DNA of 64,000 nt from a bacterium (GTDB taxonomy: Bacteria > SAR324 > JACQKK01). A program made the position numbers and the translations under genes. Below are positions 19,742-29,829 of this stretch, in pieces (positions within the stretch are counted from its first letter, which is position 1; each line of letters starts with the position of its first letter). The notes under the pieces are model-generated. The model saw nothing but the letters and a program-made list of their open reading frames with translations. It had not been told where the DNA came from and did not search any database. The stretch lies in the NCBI GenBank assembly GCA_965205845.1, contig CBDBIG010000003.1, positions 670,305 through 734,304 on the forward strand. Reading direction: 5' to 3'.

Positions 19742-20518
19742 ATGGCTCAAGCGATCGTTCTCGAATCAATTGCCCAAGGGGTGGCAACGCTTACCCTCAA
19801 TCGTCCGCAGGTACTAAACGCCCTTTCCACCCAACTTATTGCCGATTTATGCCAGGCCGTCGAACGGGCAGATGCCAATCCCGAGGTGCGGGTGTTGATT
19901 ATTGGTGGGCAAGGCAAGGCTTTTGCGGCGGGGGCTGACATTAGTGAAATGGCCGACAAATCTTTTGCCCAGGTTTTTCAAGAAGATTTGTTTTCGCATT
20001 TAAACCGAAGCTTTGCTGCTTGTCGCAAACCCGTGATTGCGGCGGTGAACGGCTATGCACTGGGAGGGGGGTGCGAACTGGCGATGCTCTGTGATTTGGT
20101 AATTGCAGCCGAGCACGCCAAGTTTGGCCAGCCCGAAATTAAGCTGGGGACCATTCCTGGGGTGGGAGGTAGCCAAAGGCTTGTTCATGCAGTGGGCAAG
20201 GCCAAGGCCATGGACATGATGCTCAGCGGGCGCATGATGGATGCCCGAGAGGCAGAGAGATGTGGCCTTGTGGCGAGGGTGGTTGCTGCAGAAAGGTTGC
20301 AGATAGAAGCGCAAACCCTAGCGCAAGAAATTGCCGGATATTCGTTGCCGTCTGTGAAAATGGCAAAAGAAGCCGTCAATCAAGCCTTTGAGACTTCCTT
20401 GTCTCAAGGGCTTTTGTTCGAAAAACGCTTGTTTCATTCCACGTTTGCGTTGGAAGACAGGCGCGAAGGGATGCGCGCTTTTGTGGAAAAGCGTCCGCCC
20501 GTGTTTAAAGATTGCTAA
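19742..20518 (+). CDS. Enoyl-CoA hydratase (crotonase).
   Basis: [10 protein letters not shown]...[17 protein letters not shown]...[13 protein letters not shown]. The ORF opens at 19703; the likely start is MAQAIV at 19742. Confidence 0.85.
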   Translation: MAQAIVLESIAQGVATLTLNRPQVLNALSTQLIADLCQAVERADANPEVRVLIIGGQGKAFAAGADISEMADKSFAQVFQEDLFSHLNRSFAACRKPVIAAVNGYALGGGCELAMLCDLVIAAEHAKFGQPEIKLGTIPGVGGSQRLVHAVGKAKAMDMMLSGRMMDAREAERCGLVARVVAAERLQIEAQTLAQEIAGYSLPSVKMAKEAVNQAFETSLSQGLLFEKRLFHSTFALEDRREGMRAFVEKRPPVFKDC

Positions 20519-20553
20519 CGTCTGAAAGCCACAACACCCAAAGGAGCAGCAAA

Positions 20554-22500
20554 ATGGCTTACTCTTATCCAAGCCCCGAAACCTTCGACACCCTGCCCAA
20601 AATGCTGCGAATGCGTGCTAAGTCTACCCCGAAAGGCGTTGCGCTCCGCAAGAAAGACTTTGGGATTTGGGAGCCCACGACATGGATGGAATACCATACC
20701 CAAGTCGCGTATCTCGCGTTGTTTTTATCTTCTCGTGGGTTTGGTAAGGGGGATGTGTTTGCGATGATTGGCGAGAACAACCCGTGGTGGGTAAGTAGCG
20801 AGCTGGCAGCACAATCGGTGGGGTGCATGACCCTGGGCTTTTATCGCGATGGCTTGGACAAAGAGGTGGGCTATTTATTGGGGTATTCCGGGGCAAAAGG
20901 CGTATTTGCTGAAGACCAAGAGCAGGTGGACAAATTGCTGAATGTGGCCGAGCAAATTAACAAGTTAGAACTGATTATTTATGAGGACCCACGCGGTTTA
21001 AGAAACTATGATGACCCAAGGCTTGTAAGCCTAGAGGATGCATTGGCTGAGGGCAAGGTACTTTATGCAAAAGATGAGGGGCGCTATGATCAACTGGTTG
21101 ATGCCGTTGACGGGAGTGAGGTGGCCATTTTGTCTCCCACCTCGGGGACCACTTCCAATCCTAAATTGGCAATGCTCCCCGCCAAGGGTTTTATTCGCCA
21201 TCTTATGGCCTACCTTGAGGTCGAACCCAAAGATGCCAAAGATGAATATGTTTCCATTTTACCCCTGGCGTGGATTATGGGGCAGGTGTACGACGTGGGG
21301 TTCAATTTGGTTTCTGGGATGAAGGTCAATTTTCCTGAAAGCCCAGCCACCGTCATGCAAGACCTGTGTGAAATCGGTCCAACCTTTATGTTGGGTTCAC
21401 CGCGCTTGCTCGAGGAAATGGTTGCCAATATGCGTGCGCGCATCATGGACGCCTCGCGCTTGAATCAATGGGTTTTTAATACCTTTGTAAAGCGCGGTAT
21501 GAAAAAGGTTGCGCTTTCTAAGAGGGATAAATTGGCAGATGTTTGTTTGTTTTCAGCGTTGCGTGATCGCTACGGGTTATCGCGCGTGCGTTCCATGGCG
21601 ACGGGAGGTGCTGCCATGGGCCCCGATACTTTTAAACTGTTTTTGGCTATGGGGCTGCCGCTGCGCCAACTTTACGGTCAAACCGAGCTGATGGGGGGGT
21701 ATACCTCTCAAGTTGGTGATCGAGAAGAACTGGATTTTGTGAGCGTGGGCCCGCCATTTCGCGGGGTAGAGGTGAGGGTGGATGATCCTGATTCGAACGG
21801 GGTGGGGGAGATTGTTTCCAAGCATCAAAATATGTTTGTGGGCTACTACAAAAACGAGGCGGCCTACAAAGCAGATGTGCGCGATGGTTGGATGTACACC
21901 GGGGATGTGGGCTATTTCGATGACAAAAAACGCCTGGTTGTTTTGGATCGCCTCCAGGATATGGTTACCATGGAAGACGGTTCAAGGTTTTCTCCACAAT
22001 ACATTGAAAATAGATTGAAATTTTCACCCCATGTGGGCGAAGCCGTGGTGTTTGGTGAAAAAGAAAGCTACCTGAGTGCCCTGGTTTGTATTCGATTTTC
22101 TGTTGTGGCGAAGTGGGCTGAGAAAAACCAAATCCCTTTTACCTCCTACACCGGCCTTGCTGCCAGTGAGAAAGTGGGTCAGCTGCTCGAAAAAGAGGTG
22201 GAAAAGGTGAATGCCTATTTGCCCACGGCCCATCGCATTGCCAAGTTTATCTTGTTGTTTAAGGAATTGGATGTGGACGATGGCGAAATAACCCATACCC
22301 GCAAGATAAGAAGGGCGGTGGTGAACGAACGTTACAAGGAAATTATTCGAACCTTGTATAGCGATGATTCCGTTGCCAAAATCGATACTGAGGTAACCTA
22401 TGAAGATGGGCGCAAAGGGCGCATTCAAGCTGACTTGAAGGTTCGCTTTCTCGAAGGTGTCAGGACCGAGTCGGGGAAAAAACTCTCCAAAGCGAGTTAA
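20554..22500 (+). CDS. AMP-dependent acyl-CoA synthetase (long/medium-chain fatty-acid--CoA ligase type).
   Basis: AMP-binding motif LSPTSGTTSNPKLAML and GYYKNE...GDVGYFD. The ORF opens at 20512; the likely start is MAYSYP at 20554. Confidence 0.85.
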   Translation: MAYSYPSPETFDTLPKMLRMRAKSTPKGVALRKKDFGIWEPTTWMEYHTQVAYLALFLSSRGFGKGDVFAMIGENNPWWVSSELAAQSVGCMTLGFYRDGLDKEVGYLLGYSGAKGVFAEDQEQVDKLLNVAEQINKLELIIYEDPRGLRNYDDPRLVSLEDALAEGKVLYAKDEGRYDQLVDAVDGSEVAILSPTSGTTSNPKLAMLPAKGFIRHLMAYLEVEPKDAKDEYVSILPLAWIMGQVYDVGFNLVSGMKVNFPESPATVMQDLCEIGPTFMLGSPRLLEEMVANMRARIMDASRLNQWVFNTFVKRGMKKVALSKRDKLADVCLFSALRDRYGLSRVRSMATGGAAMGPDTFKLFLAMGLPLRQLYGQTELMGGYTSQVGDREELDFVSVGPPFRGVEVRVDDPDSNGVGEIVSKHQNMFVGYYKNEAAYKADVRDGWMYTGDVGYFDDKKRLVVLDRLQDMVTMEDGSRFSPQYIENRLKFSPHVGEAVVFGEKESYLSALVCIRFSVVAKWAEKNQIPFTSYTGLAASEKVGQLLEKEVEKVNAYLPTAHRIAKFILLFKELDVDDGEITHTRKIRRAVVNERYKEIIRTLYSDDSVAKIDTEVTYEDGRKGRIQADLKVRFLEGVRTESGKKLSKAS

Positions 22501-22567
22501 CATGCCTTATGCGCGTTTTATGGCGTGATTGTGGGGCGGGTTTTTTAAAAACGGTTTTTAAAAGCGG

Positions 22568-23395
22568 ATGCGGTGTCGTTCAAGTCTTGTTGACCATGAA
22601 AAAGGATTAAAAAAAAGCGTGAGTTCTAAAGAATCTGTAATTGTGCTGGAGAATATTAACCTGCGTTTTGGCGGGGTGAATGCCCTGACTGATGTTTCAT
22701 TTGAGGTACGTAAAGGCGAGGTTTTGGGCATTATTGGTCCTAATGGTGCCGGTAAATCCTCCATGCTTAACATCATCAACGGGTTTTACAAACCCACCAG
22801 TGGTGTCATTACGTATGCAGGAAAAAAACGCAAGGCCATGTCACCCACGTTTGCGGCCAAAAGTGGGATTGCGCGCACGTTTCAGAATATTGCGCTGTTT
22901 CATGGCATGAGTACGCTAGACAACCTCATGACGGGGCGCATTTTGAAAATGAAACAAAGCCTGTTTATGCAAGCCCTCTACATAGGGGCTGCCAAGCGTG
23001 AAGAAATGGAACACCGCAAGGCCGTCGAAAAGGTGATTGACTTTATGGAAATTGAGGCTATTCGCCGCACCCCTGTGGGAAGTTTGCCTTATGGTTTGCA
23101 AAAGCGTGTTGAATTAGGGCGTGCTTTGGCCATGGAACCGCAAATATTATTACTGGATGAGCCTATGGCAGGGATGAGTGTCGAAGAAAAGCAAGACATG
23201 AGTCGCTTTGTTTTGAATGTGAATGACGAGTTTGGCATCACCGTGGTGTTGATTGAGCATGACATGGGCGTTGTGATGGATATTTGCGACCGGGTGGTGG
23301 TCTTGGATTATGGCCGGAAAATTGGTGACGGGAAGCCAGAAGAGGTGAGGCGCAATCAAGAGGTAATCAATGCCTATTTGGGTGTAAGTGCGTAA
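22568..23395 (+). CDS. livG: ABC transporter ATP-binding protein, LivG-like.
   Basis: Walker A GPNGAGKSS, signature LSYGLQKRVEL, Walker B LLLDEP. The real start may be an internal GTG near 22619. Confidence 0.85.
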   Translation: MRCRSSLVDHEKGLKKSVSSKESVIVLENINLRFGGVNALTDVSFEVRKGEVLGIIGPNGAGKSSMLNIINGFYKPTSGVITYAGKKRKAMSPTFAAKSGIARTFQNIALFHGMSTLDNLMTGRILKMKQSLFMQALYIGAAKREEMEHRKAVEKVIDFMEIEAIRRTPVGSLPYGLQKRVELGRALAMEPQILLLDEPMAGMSVEEKQDMSRFVLNVNDEFGITVVLIEHDMGVVMDICDRVVVLDYGRKIGDGKPEEVRRNQEVINAYLGVSA

Positions 23396-23452
23396 CGTGC
23401 GTTTGCAAAGAAGTGGGTCCTATTTTATTCGTTGAGGGAATGGTAAAAACCG

Positions 23453-24451
23453 ATGAGCGTTGTGTTGTTGAACTTTTTGGAAACCGTTTTAAATGGCCTT
23501 GCAGTGGGTATTTTGTACTCATTGGTGGGGCTTGGGTTCGTGCTGATATTTAAGGCTTCTGGGGTGTTTAATTTTGCCCAAGGGGTTTTATCGCTGTTTG
23601 CAGGGCTCACGCTGGTGGGAATGCTTGCAGGGCAGGTACCTTTTGAGCATTTAATACATGAGATTTTTGGCGCAAGGGTGGGGAAATGGGGGGGTGCCCC
23701 CCCATTTATTGCCATTATTTTCACCATGGTGGTGATGGTAGGTTTGGCATGGCTGATTGAAAAATTGGTTTTGCGACATTTAATTAACCAAGCCCCCATC
23801 ATTTTATTTATGGCCACCATTGGGCTGGCTTTTGTGTTAGAGGGCGTTGGGGATTTGATGTGGGGTTCTAATGTGAAACCATTGGATATTGGCTTGCCTA
23901 CAGGAGGATTGTTGGCATTGGAAAACCTCACGCGCGGCTGGGCAGTGGCAGGCAGCGACTATGCTGGGATGTATATGGATGCCCTGGATATTAGTGCTGC
24001 ACTGGTGGCGTTTGCCTTGGTGCTCGTTTTGATGGTTTTTTCGCAATACACCCGTGTAGGACGTGCTTTGAGAGCAGTGGCCGATGACCATCAAGCGGCG
24101 CTTTCTGTGGGGATTTCGCTGCGTTATATTTGGGTGGTGGTGTGGTCTATTTCGGGTTTTGTAGCGCTCGTTGCAGGCATTATGTGGGGATCAAAATCGG
24201 GGGTGCAATTCTCCTTGTCGTTAATCGCCTTAAAAGCATTGCCAGTGCTGATACTGGGTGGTTTTACCTCTATTCCAGGGGCTATTATCGGGGGGTTAAT
24301 CATTGGGGTTGGTGAAAAAGTGGCTGAAATTTACGCAGGCCCGTTCATTGGCGGGGCGATCGAAACCTGGTTTGCATATATGTTAGCGTTGCTTTTTTTA
24401 CTTGTGCGCCCACAAGGGCTGTTTGGCGAGAAAATTATTGAAAGGGTGTGA
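23453..24451 (+). CDS. livH: Branched-chain/hydrophobic acid ABC permease, LivH-like.
   Basis: Polytopic membrane protein of the LivH/BPD_transp_2 family; overlaps the next permease gene. Confidence 0.8.
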   Translation: MSVVLLNFLETVLNGLAVGILYSLVGLGFVLIFKASGVFNFAQGVLSLFAGLTLVGMLAGQVPFEHLIHEIFGARVGKWGGAPPFIAIIFTMVVMVGLAWLIEKLVLRHLINQAPIILFMATIGLAFVLEGVGDLMWGSNVKPLDIGLPTGGLLALENLTRGWAVAGSDYAGMYMDALDISAALVAFALVLVLMVFSQYTRVGRALRAVADDHQAALSVGISLRYIWVVVWSISGFVALVAGIMWGSKSGVQFSLSLIALKALPVLILGGFTSIPGAIIGGLIIGVGEKVAEIYAGPFIGGAIETWFAYMLALLFLLVRPQGLFGEKIIERV

Positions 24452-25535
24452 TGTTGTCATGCTGTATCGTGATACTGGTGAATTTAAGCAGAGTTATATG
24501 AGCGATCAAGCTATCTTTCCCTTGCGGTTGGATCGCATGCTTATCGTGTTCGTTCTGCTGTTTGCCTATTTGGTGGTTCCTTTTGTGATTAACGATTACT
24601 GGGAGAAAAATATTTTTATTCCCTTTATGGTGTTCTCAATGGCAGCCATCGGCTTAAACGTTTTAACGGGTTATTGTGGGCAAGTGTCGCTGGGCACAGG
24701 CGGCTTTATGGCTGTGGGAGCGTATTCGGCTTATAAGTTGGTCACTCTTTTTCCCAACATGAACATTGTGCCCGCCATTTTATTGGCGGGTGCGATCACG
24801 GCCATGGTGGGTATGGTATTTGGTTTGCCTTCGTTACGGATCAAGGGGTTTTACTTGGCCGTGGCTACGCTTGCCTCGCAGTTTTTTATCATATGGCTCG
24901 TTAACAAAGTGCCGTGGTTTTATAATCATTCTGCTACGGGTCAAATCACCATGCCAGAGCGGTTATTGTTCGGGGTTCCTGTTACAGGGCCTGATGCGCC
25001 GCCTTGGGCAACTTACCTGTTTTGCTTGGTGTTTTTAACCGTTTTTGCATTTGCCGCCAAAAATATGGTGCGTTCGCGCGTGGGCCGCAGTTGGATGGCC
25101 GTGCGCGATATGGACATTGCAGCACAGATTATCGGTGTACCATTACTAAAGACCAAAATTTCTGCTTTTGCTGTGAATTCTTTTTATATAGGAATTGCAG
25201 GGGCACTGTATTTTACCGTTTGGTTTGGTGCTGTTGAGCCCACCGAAGCTTTTGGCATTGAGCAGAGCTTTTTTGTGCTGTTTATCATCATCATTGGCGG
25301 GTTGGGTTCCATGTTGGGGTCCTTTTTGGGTGCTGCTTTCATGGTGCTTTTGCCAATTTTTCTCAAAAATTTCATGATTGATGCCCTAAGTTTTACCCCT
25401 GTGACGGCGCGTCACGTTGAGGTGACCATTTTAGGTGCACTCATCATCTTTTTTCTGATTGTCGAACCCAATGGCTTGGCGCGGCTGTGGGCAATTGTCA
25501 AACAAAAATTGAGGAAGTGGCCTTTTCCTTATTAG
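24402..25535 (+). CDS. livM: ABC permease, LivM-like.
   Basis: Polytopic membrane protein of the LivM family. The start may be an internal Met (~24492). Confidence 0.8.
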   Translation: MCAHKGCLARKLLKGCDVVMLYRDTGEFKQSYMSDQAIFPLRLDRMLIVFVLLFAYLVVPFVINDYWEKNIFIPFMVFSMAAIGLNVLTGYCGQVSLGTGGFMAVGAYSAYKLVTLFPNMNIVPAILLAGAITAMVGMVFGLPSLRIKGFYLAVATLASQFFIIWLVNKVPWFYNHSATGQITMPERLLFGVPVTGPDAPPWATYLFCLVFLTVFAFAAKNMVRSRVGRSWMAVRDMDIAAQIIGVPLLKTKISAFAVNSFYIGIAGALYFTVWFGAVEPTEAFGIEQSFFVLFIIIIGGLGSMLGSFLGAAFMVLLPIFLKNFMIDALSFTPVTARHVEVTILGALIIFFLIVEPNGLARLWAIVKQKLRKWPFPY

Positions 25536-25570
25536 GTTTGATGAGGGTCTATAAAAAATAAAACGCAGCA

Positions 25571-25700
25571 AAGTGCTGCAATACCAAGTACATTGGTGCT
25601 GACCCGTGTCGTTGTCGACAAACTGATTGCAGAAGATTGTGCTGCTTATGCAGCAAGAAAACGAAACCAGGGCAAGCCGTTAGTCCTCAGAGTACAAATT
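25571..25700 (+). pseudogene. Degenerate relic of the 3' end of a third substrate-binding-protein gene copy.
   Basis: aagtacattggtgctgacccgtgtcgttgtcgacaaactgattgcagaagattgtgctgcttatgcagcaag... is clearly homologous to the last ~120 bp of the SBP genes (27080-27190 and 28590-28700), but is not in an intact ORF. Confidence 0.6.
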
Positions 25701-25845
25701 TGAGCATGTACATGGGGAGGGCATAAACAAATATTTTTAAAATATGTGTTGCTTGGTGTCTGACTATGTGTTTTTGTAGTGGTGGTCGTTGGTCTTGTGC
25801 TTTTAGAACAGCCTGCCATAACCATTTGAAATAACCGAAAAATTT

Positions 25846-25868
25846 GATATCTCTTCGCCGGAGATATC
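25846..25868. promoter_or_regulatory. Perfect palindrome GATATCTC-N7-GAGATATC, ~20 bp upstream of SBP gene 1: candidate operator or RNA hairpin.
   Basis: Read directly. Repeated (7/8 left arm) at 27349-27371 upstream of SBP gene 2, within a conserved ~190-bp leader. Confidence 0.5.
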
Positions 25869-25889
25869 ACACAAATAAAAGGGGAAAAA

Positions 25890-27197
25890 ATGCTTTTAAA
25901 AACTCTGCGACGTAGCCTTGTGCTTGCCCTCGTCATCTTGCCCATCACGGGCAGCTTGGCCTTGGCGCAGCTCACGTTTCCGTCTTTTTCGTATCGTACA
26001 GGTCCCTATGCACCCAATGGAATTCCAGTTGCGGATGGTTACAGCGACTACTTTACCTTGATAAACGCCCGTGACGGTGGAATTAATGGTCAAAAAGCGG
26101 ATGTTGTTGAGTGTGAAACGGGGTACAATACCCAGCGTGGGGTCGAGTGCTACGAAAAAGTGAAAGGGAAGAATCCCTTGATAATTCACCCTTTGTCAAC
26201 GGGTATAACATACCAACTCATTCCAAAAGCGACGGCGGATAATATTCCCATCCACTCTATGGGCTATGGGCGCACTTCTGCCGCCAACGGCAAGGTGTTC
26301 AAATATGTATTCAGCTACCCAGGCACCTACTGGGATGCAGCCTCGATCATCGTCAAGCACATTGGCAAAGAAGAAGGCGGAATGAGGAAACTCAAGGGTA
26401 AGAAAATTACGCTGATTTATCATAACTCTGCCTATGGCAAAGAACCCATACGCACCTTGCAAGTGTTGAGCAAAAAACATGGTTTCAAGCTGGATTTATT
26501 GCCCGTTGATCACCCTGGTCAAGAGCAAAGGTCTACATGGCTTAAAATACGCCGTTCGCGCCCTCGCTATTTGGTAATGTGGGGTTGGGGTGTCATGAAC
26601 CAGGTTGCCATCAAGGAAGCCGCTTCGATTCGCTTCCCCATGAAGCGTTTTATTGGCGTTTGGTGGTCTGGGTCTGAAAATGATGTGATCCCAGCGGGTA
26701 AGGGTGCCCATGGCTATAAAGCGATCACCTTCCACGATGTGGGTAAGAACTACCCCGTCTACGACGACCTCAAAAAGCATGTTTATGACAAGGGCAAAGC
26801 AGCAGGCGGTGGTGATAACACGGGTACTGTGCTCTATAATCGTGGGATGCTGGCAGCCGTGTGGGCGGTTGAAGCGGCGCGCAATGCCATGAAAATTCAC
26901 AAAACCAAAAAAATCACCCCAGCGATGATGCGTGATGGGATGGAAACATTGCACGTAGGTGAGAAGCGCCTAAAGGAATTGGGGATGGCTGGATTTACCG
27001 TAACCGTGAAAAACAGTTGCGCTAGTCATGGTGGGCCTGGCCTTGGGGCGATCCAGCAATGGAATGCAAACACCAAGCAATGGAAGCTCATTACCGGGTA
27101 TGTTGGTGCTGACCGTAGCGTTGTCGACAAGCTAATCGCAGAAGATTCTGCGGCGTATGCAAAAGAAAACAAAATCAAGGTACGCAGTTGTTCTTAA
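25890..27197 (+). CDS. ABC transporter periplasmic substrate-binding protein (LivK-like family, ~435-aa class often paired with aryl-/acyl-CoA ligases), copy 1.
   Basis: Signal peptide and type-1 PBP fold; part of the LivGHM...F operon. Confidence 0.85.
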   Translation: MLLKTLRRSLVLALVILPITGSLALAQLTFPSFSYRTGPYAPNGIPVADGYSDYFTLINARDGGINGQKADVVECETGYNTQRGVECYEKVKGKNPLIIHPLSTGITYQLIPKATADNIPIHSMGYGRTSAANGKVFKYVFSYPGTYWDAASIIVKHIGKEEGGMRKLKGKKITLIYHNSAYGKEPIRTLQVLSKKHGFKLDLLPVDHPGQEQRSTWLKIRRSRPRYLVMWGWGVMNQVAIKEAASIRFPMKRFIGVWWSGSENDVIPAGKGAHGYKAITFHDVGKNYPVYDDLKKHVYDKGKAAGGGDNTGTVLYNRGMLAAVWAVEAARNAMKIHKTKKITPAMMRDGMETLHVGEKRLKELGMAGFTVTVKNSCASHGGPGLGAIQQWNANTKQWKLITGYVGADRSVVDKLIAEDSAAYAKENKIKVRSCS

Positions 27198-27348
27198 GCG
27201 ATAGGAACAAAGGTATGCCTACAAGGGTCAATGCGAAAAGTTTCGGAATGTTGCTTGACGCTTGGCCTTTGTGTTTTTGTGGTGGGGTTTGCAGGTTTGT
27301 GCTTTTCGAACAGCCCTGCCATAACCATTTCAAATAATTGAGAAATGT

Positions 27349-27371
27349 GGTATCTCTTCGCCGGAGATATC
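27349..27371. promoter_or_regulatory. Second copy of the palindromic element (GGTATCTC-N7-GAGATATC) upstream of SBP gene 2.
   Basis: Read directly; same position relative to the start codon as at 25846. Confidence 0.45.
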
Positions 27372-27393
27372 ACACAGATAAAAGAAGACAGAA

Positions 27394-28701
27394 ATGCCCT
27401 TAAAGACTCTTCAGCGTGGCCTTGTGCTTGCCCTCGTCATCTTGCCCATCACGGGCAGCTTGGCCTTGGCGCAGCTCGTGTTTCCGTCTTTCGCGTATCG
27501 TACAGGCCCTTATGCGCCTAATGGAATTCCAGCTGCGGATGGTTTTCTCGACTACTTCGCCCTGATAAATGCCCGTGACGGTGGGATTAATGGCCAAAAA
27601 GCCGAAGTCATCAGCTGTGAAACGGGCTACAATTCCCAGCGTGGAGTCGAGTGCTACGAAAAAGTCAAAGCAAAGAATCCCTTGGTAATTCACCCTTTGT
27701 CAACGGGTCTTACTTACCAACTCATTCCAAAAGCGACGGCGGATAAGATTCCCATCCATTCTATGGGTTATGGGCGTACTTCTGCCGCCAACGGCAAGGT
27801 ATTCAAATATGTATTCAGCTTCCCGGGTACCTACTGGGATGCAGCCTCGATCATCGTCAAGTATATTGGCAGAGAAGAAGGCGGGATGAAGAAACTCAAG
27901 GGCAAGAAAATTTCGCTAATTTATCATAACTCTGCCTATGGCAAAGAGCCCATACGCACCTTACAAGTGCTGAGCAAAAAGCATGGCTTCAAGCTGGATT
28001 TATTGCCCGTTGATCACCCTGGTCAAGAGCAGAGGTCTACATGGCTTAAGATACGCCGTTCGAACCCTCGCTATTTGGTAATATGGGGATGGGGTGTTAT
28101 GAATCAGGTAGCCCTCAGGGAAGCCGCTTCGATTCGCTTCCCCATGAAGCGTTTTATTGGCGTTTGGTGGTCTGGATCTGAAAATGATGTGATCCCAGCG
28201 GGTAAAGGCGCCCATGGCTATAAAGCGATTACCTTCCACGGTGTGGGTAAGAACTACCCTGTCTACGACGATCTCGAAAAGTATGTTTATGACAAGGGCA
28301 AAGCAGCAGGCGATGGTGACAACATGGGTACTGTGCTCTATAATCGTGGAATGCTGTCGGCTATGTGGTCTGTTGAGGGGGCACGCAGCGCCATGAAAAT
28401 TCACAAAACTAAAAAAATCACCCCAGCGATGATGCGTGATGGGATGGAAGCATTGCATGTAGGTGAGAAGCGCCTAAAGGAATTGGGGATGGCTGGATTT
28501 ACCGTAACCGTGAAAAACAGTTGCGCTAGACATGGTGGGCCTGGTCTTGGGGCGATCCAGCAATGGAATGCAAACACCAAGCAATGGAAGCTCATTACCG
28601 AGTACATCGGTGCTGACCGTGTTGTTGTCGACAAACTGGTCGCAGAAGATTCTGCGGCTTATGCAAAAGAAAACAAAATCGAGGTACGCAGTTGTTCTTA
28701 A
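27394..28701 (+). CDS. ABC transporter substrate-binding protein, tandem paralog (copy 2, ~88% identical to copy 1).
   Basis: Near-colinear translation with copy 1 (MPLKTLQRGLVLALVILPITGSLALAQL...). Confidence 0.85.
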   Translation: MPLKTLQRGLVLALVILPITGSLALAQLVFPSFAYRTGPYAPNGIPAADGFLDYFALINARDGGINGQKAEVISCETGYNSQRGVECYEKVKAKNPLVIHPLSTGLTYQLIPKATADKIPIHSMGYGRTSAANGKVFKYVFSFPGTYWDAASIIVKYIGREEGGMKKLKGKKISLIYHNSAYGKEPIRTLQVLSKKHGFKLDLLPVDHPGQEQRSTWLKIRRSNPRYLVIWGWGVMNQVALREAASIRFPMKRFIGVWWSGSENDVIPAGKGAHGYKAITFHGVGKNYPVYDDLEKYVYDKGKAAGDGDNMGTVLYNRGMLSAMWSVEGARSAMKIHKTKKITPAMMRDGMEALHVGEKRLKELGMAGFTVTVKNSCARHGGPGLGAIQQWNANTKQWKLITEYIGADRVVVDKLVAEDSAAYAKENKIEVRSCS

Positions 28702-28964
28702 GCGATAGGGATAAAGGTACGCCTACAAGGGCCAATGCGAGAAGTTTCGGAATGTTGCTTGACGCTTGGCCTTTGTGTTTTTGTGGTGGGGTTTGCAGGG
28801 CTGTGTTTTCCGGAAAATTTGTTACAGTTTCGCTTTTGTTGCGCTGATACATGGCATTGAAACCATCCCCTCCTCTTTATAATTTTAAAAACCACCGTTT
28901 AACCTATATCACTACTGATTAACATCAACCAGGAGCAACAATTTTGGTTTCTCAAGCTTCAAAT

Positions 28965-29783
28965 ATGGCAACAGGGAAAAATAACCAACAGACGCTTGCA
29001 GTAAACAATATCGAGGTGGTGTACAACCATGTCATCCTTGTACTAAAGGGGGTAAGTTTATCTGTTGAAAAAGGAAGCATTACCGCATTGTTGGGAGGCA
29101 ATGGTGCGGGTAAAACCACCACCTTAAAAGCCATTTCAAATTTGCTGGGTACAGAGCGAGGCGAAGTTACCAAGGGAAGCATTTTATATGCTGGGGAGGA
29201 TGTACACCATCGGAGTCCCGAAGATTTGGTGAAACGTGGTCTGATTCAAATTATGGAAGGTAGGCATTGTTTTGAGCACCTTAGTGTGGAAGAAAACCTG
29301 TTAACGGGATGCTACACCCGCACCCAAAATCGCGGTGAAATTAAAAGCGATTTGGAACGCATTTATACATACTTCCCCTTGCTTAAAAGTCGGCGTAAAT
29401 CCCAGGCAGGTTATACCTCTGGTGGTGAACAGCAAATGACTGCCATTGCCCGTGCCTTAATGAGCAGACCCACGGTTGTTTTGCTCGATGAACCCTCCAT
29501 GGGCTTGGCGCCACAGCTGGTGGAACAAATTTTTGAGATTGTGGCAGAAATTAACCAACGCGAAGGCGTGACAGTGTTGGTTGCAGAACAAAACACCAAT
29601 GTGGCATTGCGCTATGCCAGTTATGGGTACATCCTCGAAAGTGGTCGCGTGGTGATGGATGGCAATGCCACGGATCTCAGCAATAATGAAGATGTTAAAG
29701 AATTTTATCTCGGTATTTCGGGTGAAGGCAGACGTTCTTACCGTGATGTGAAACAATACCGCCGCCGCAAGCGCTGGTTGTGA
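28965..29783 (+). CDS. livF: ABC transporter ATP-binding protein, LivF-like.
   Basis: Walker A GGNGAGKTT, signature TSGGEQQMTAIARAL, Walker B VLLDEP. The ORF opens at TTG 28944; the likely start is ATG 28965 (MATGKN). Confidence 0.85.
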   Translation: MATGKNNQQTLAVNNIEVVYNHVILVLKGVSLSVEKGSITALLGGNGAGKTTTLKAISNLLGTERGEVTKGSILYAGEDVHHRSPEDLVKRGLIQIMEGRHCFEHLSVEENLLTGCYTRTQNRGEIKSDLERIYTYFPLLKSRRKSQAGYTSGGEQQMTAIARALMSRPTVVLLDEPSMGLAPQLVEQIFEIVAEINQREGVTVLVAEQNTNVALRYASYGYILESGRVVMDGNATDLSNNEDVKEFYLGISGEGRRSYRDVKQYRRRKRWL

Positions 29784-29829
29784 GAGTTGACAAATTTTAA
29801 AACCTTATTTGTGAAAGGAGTCCCTATCT

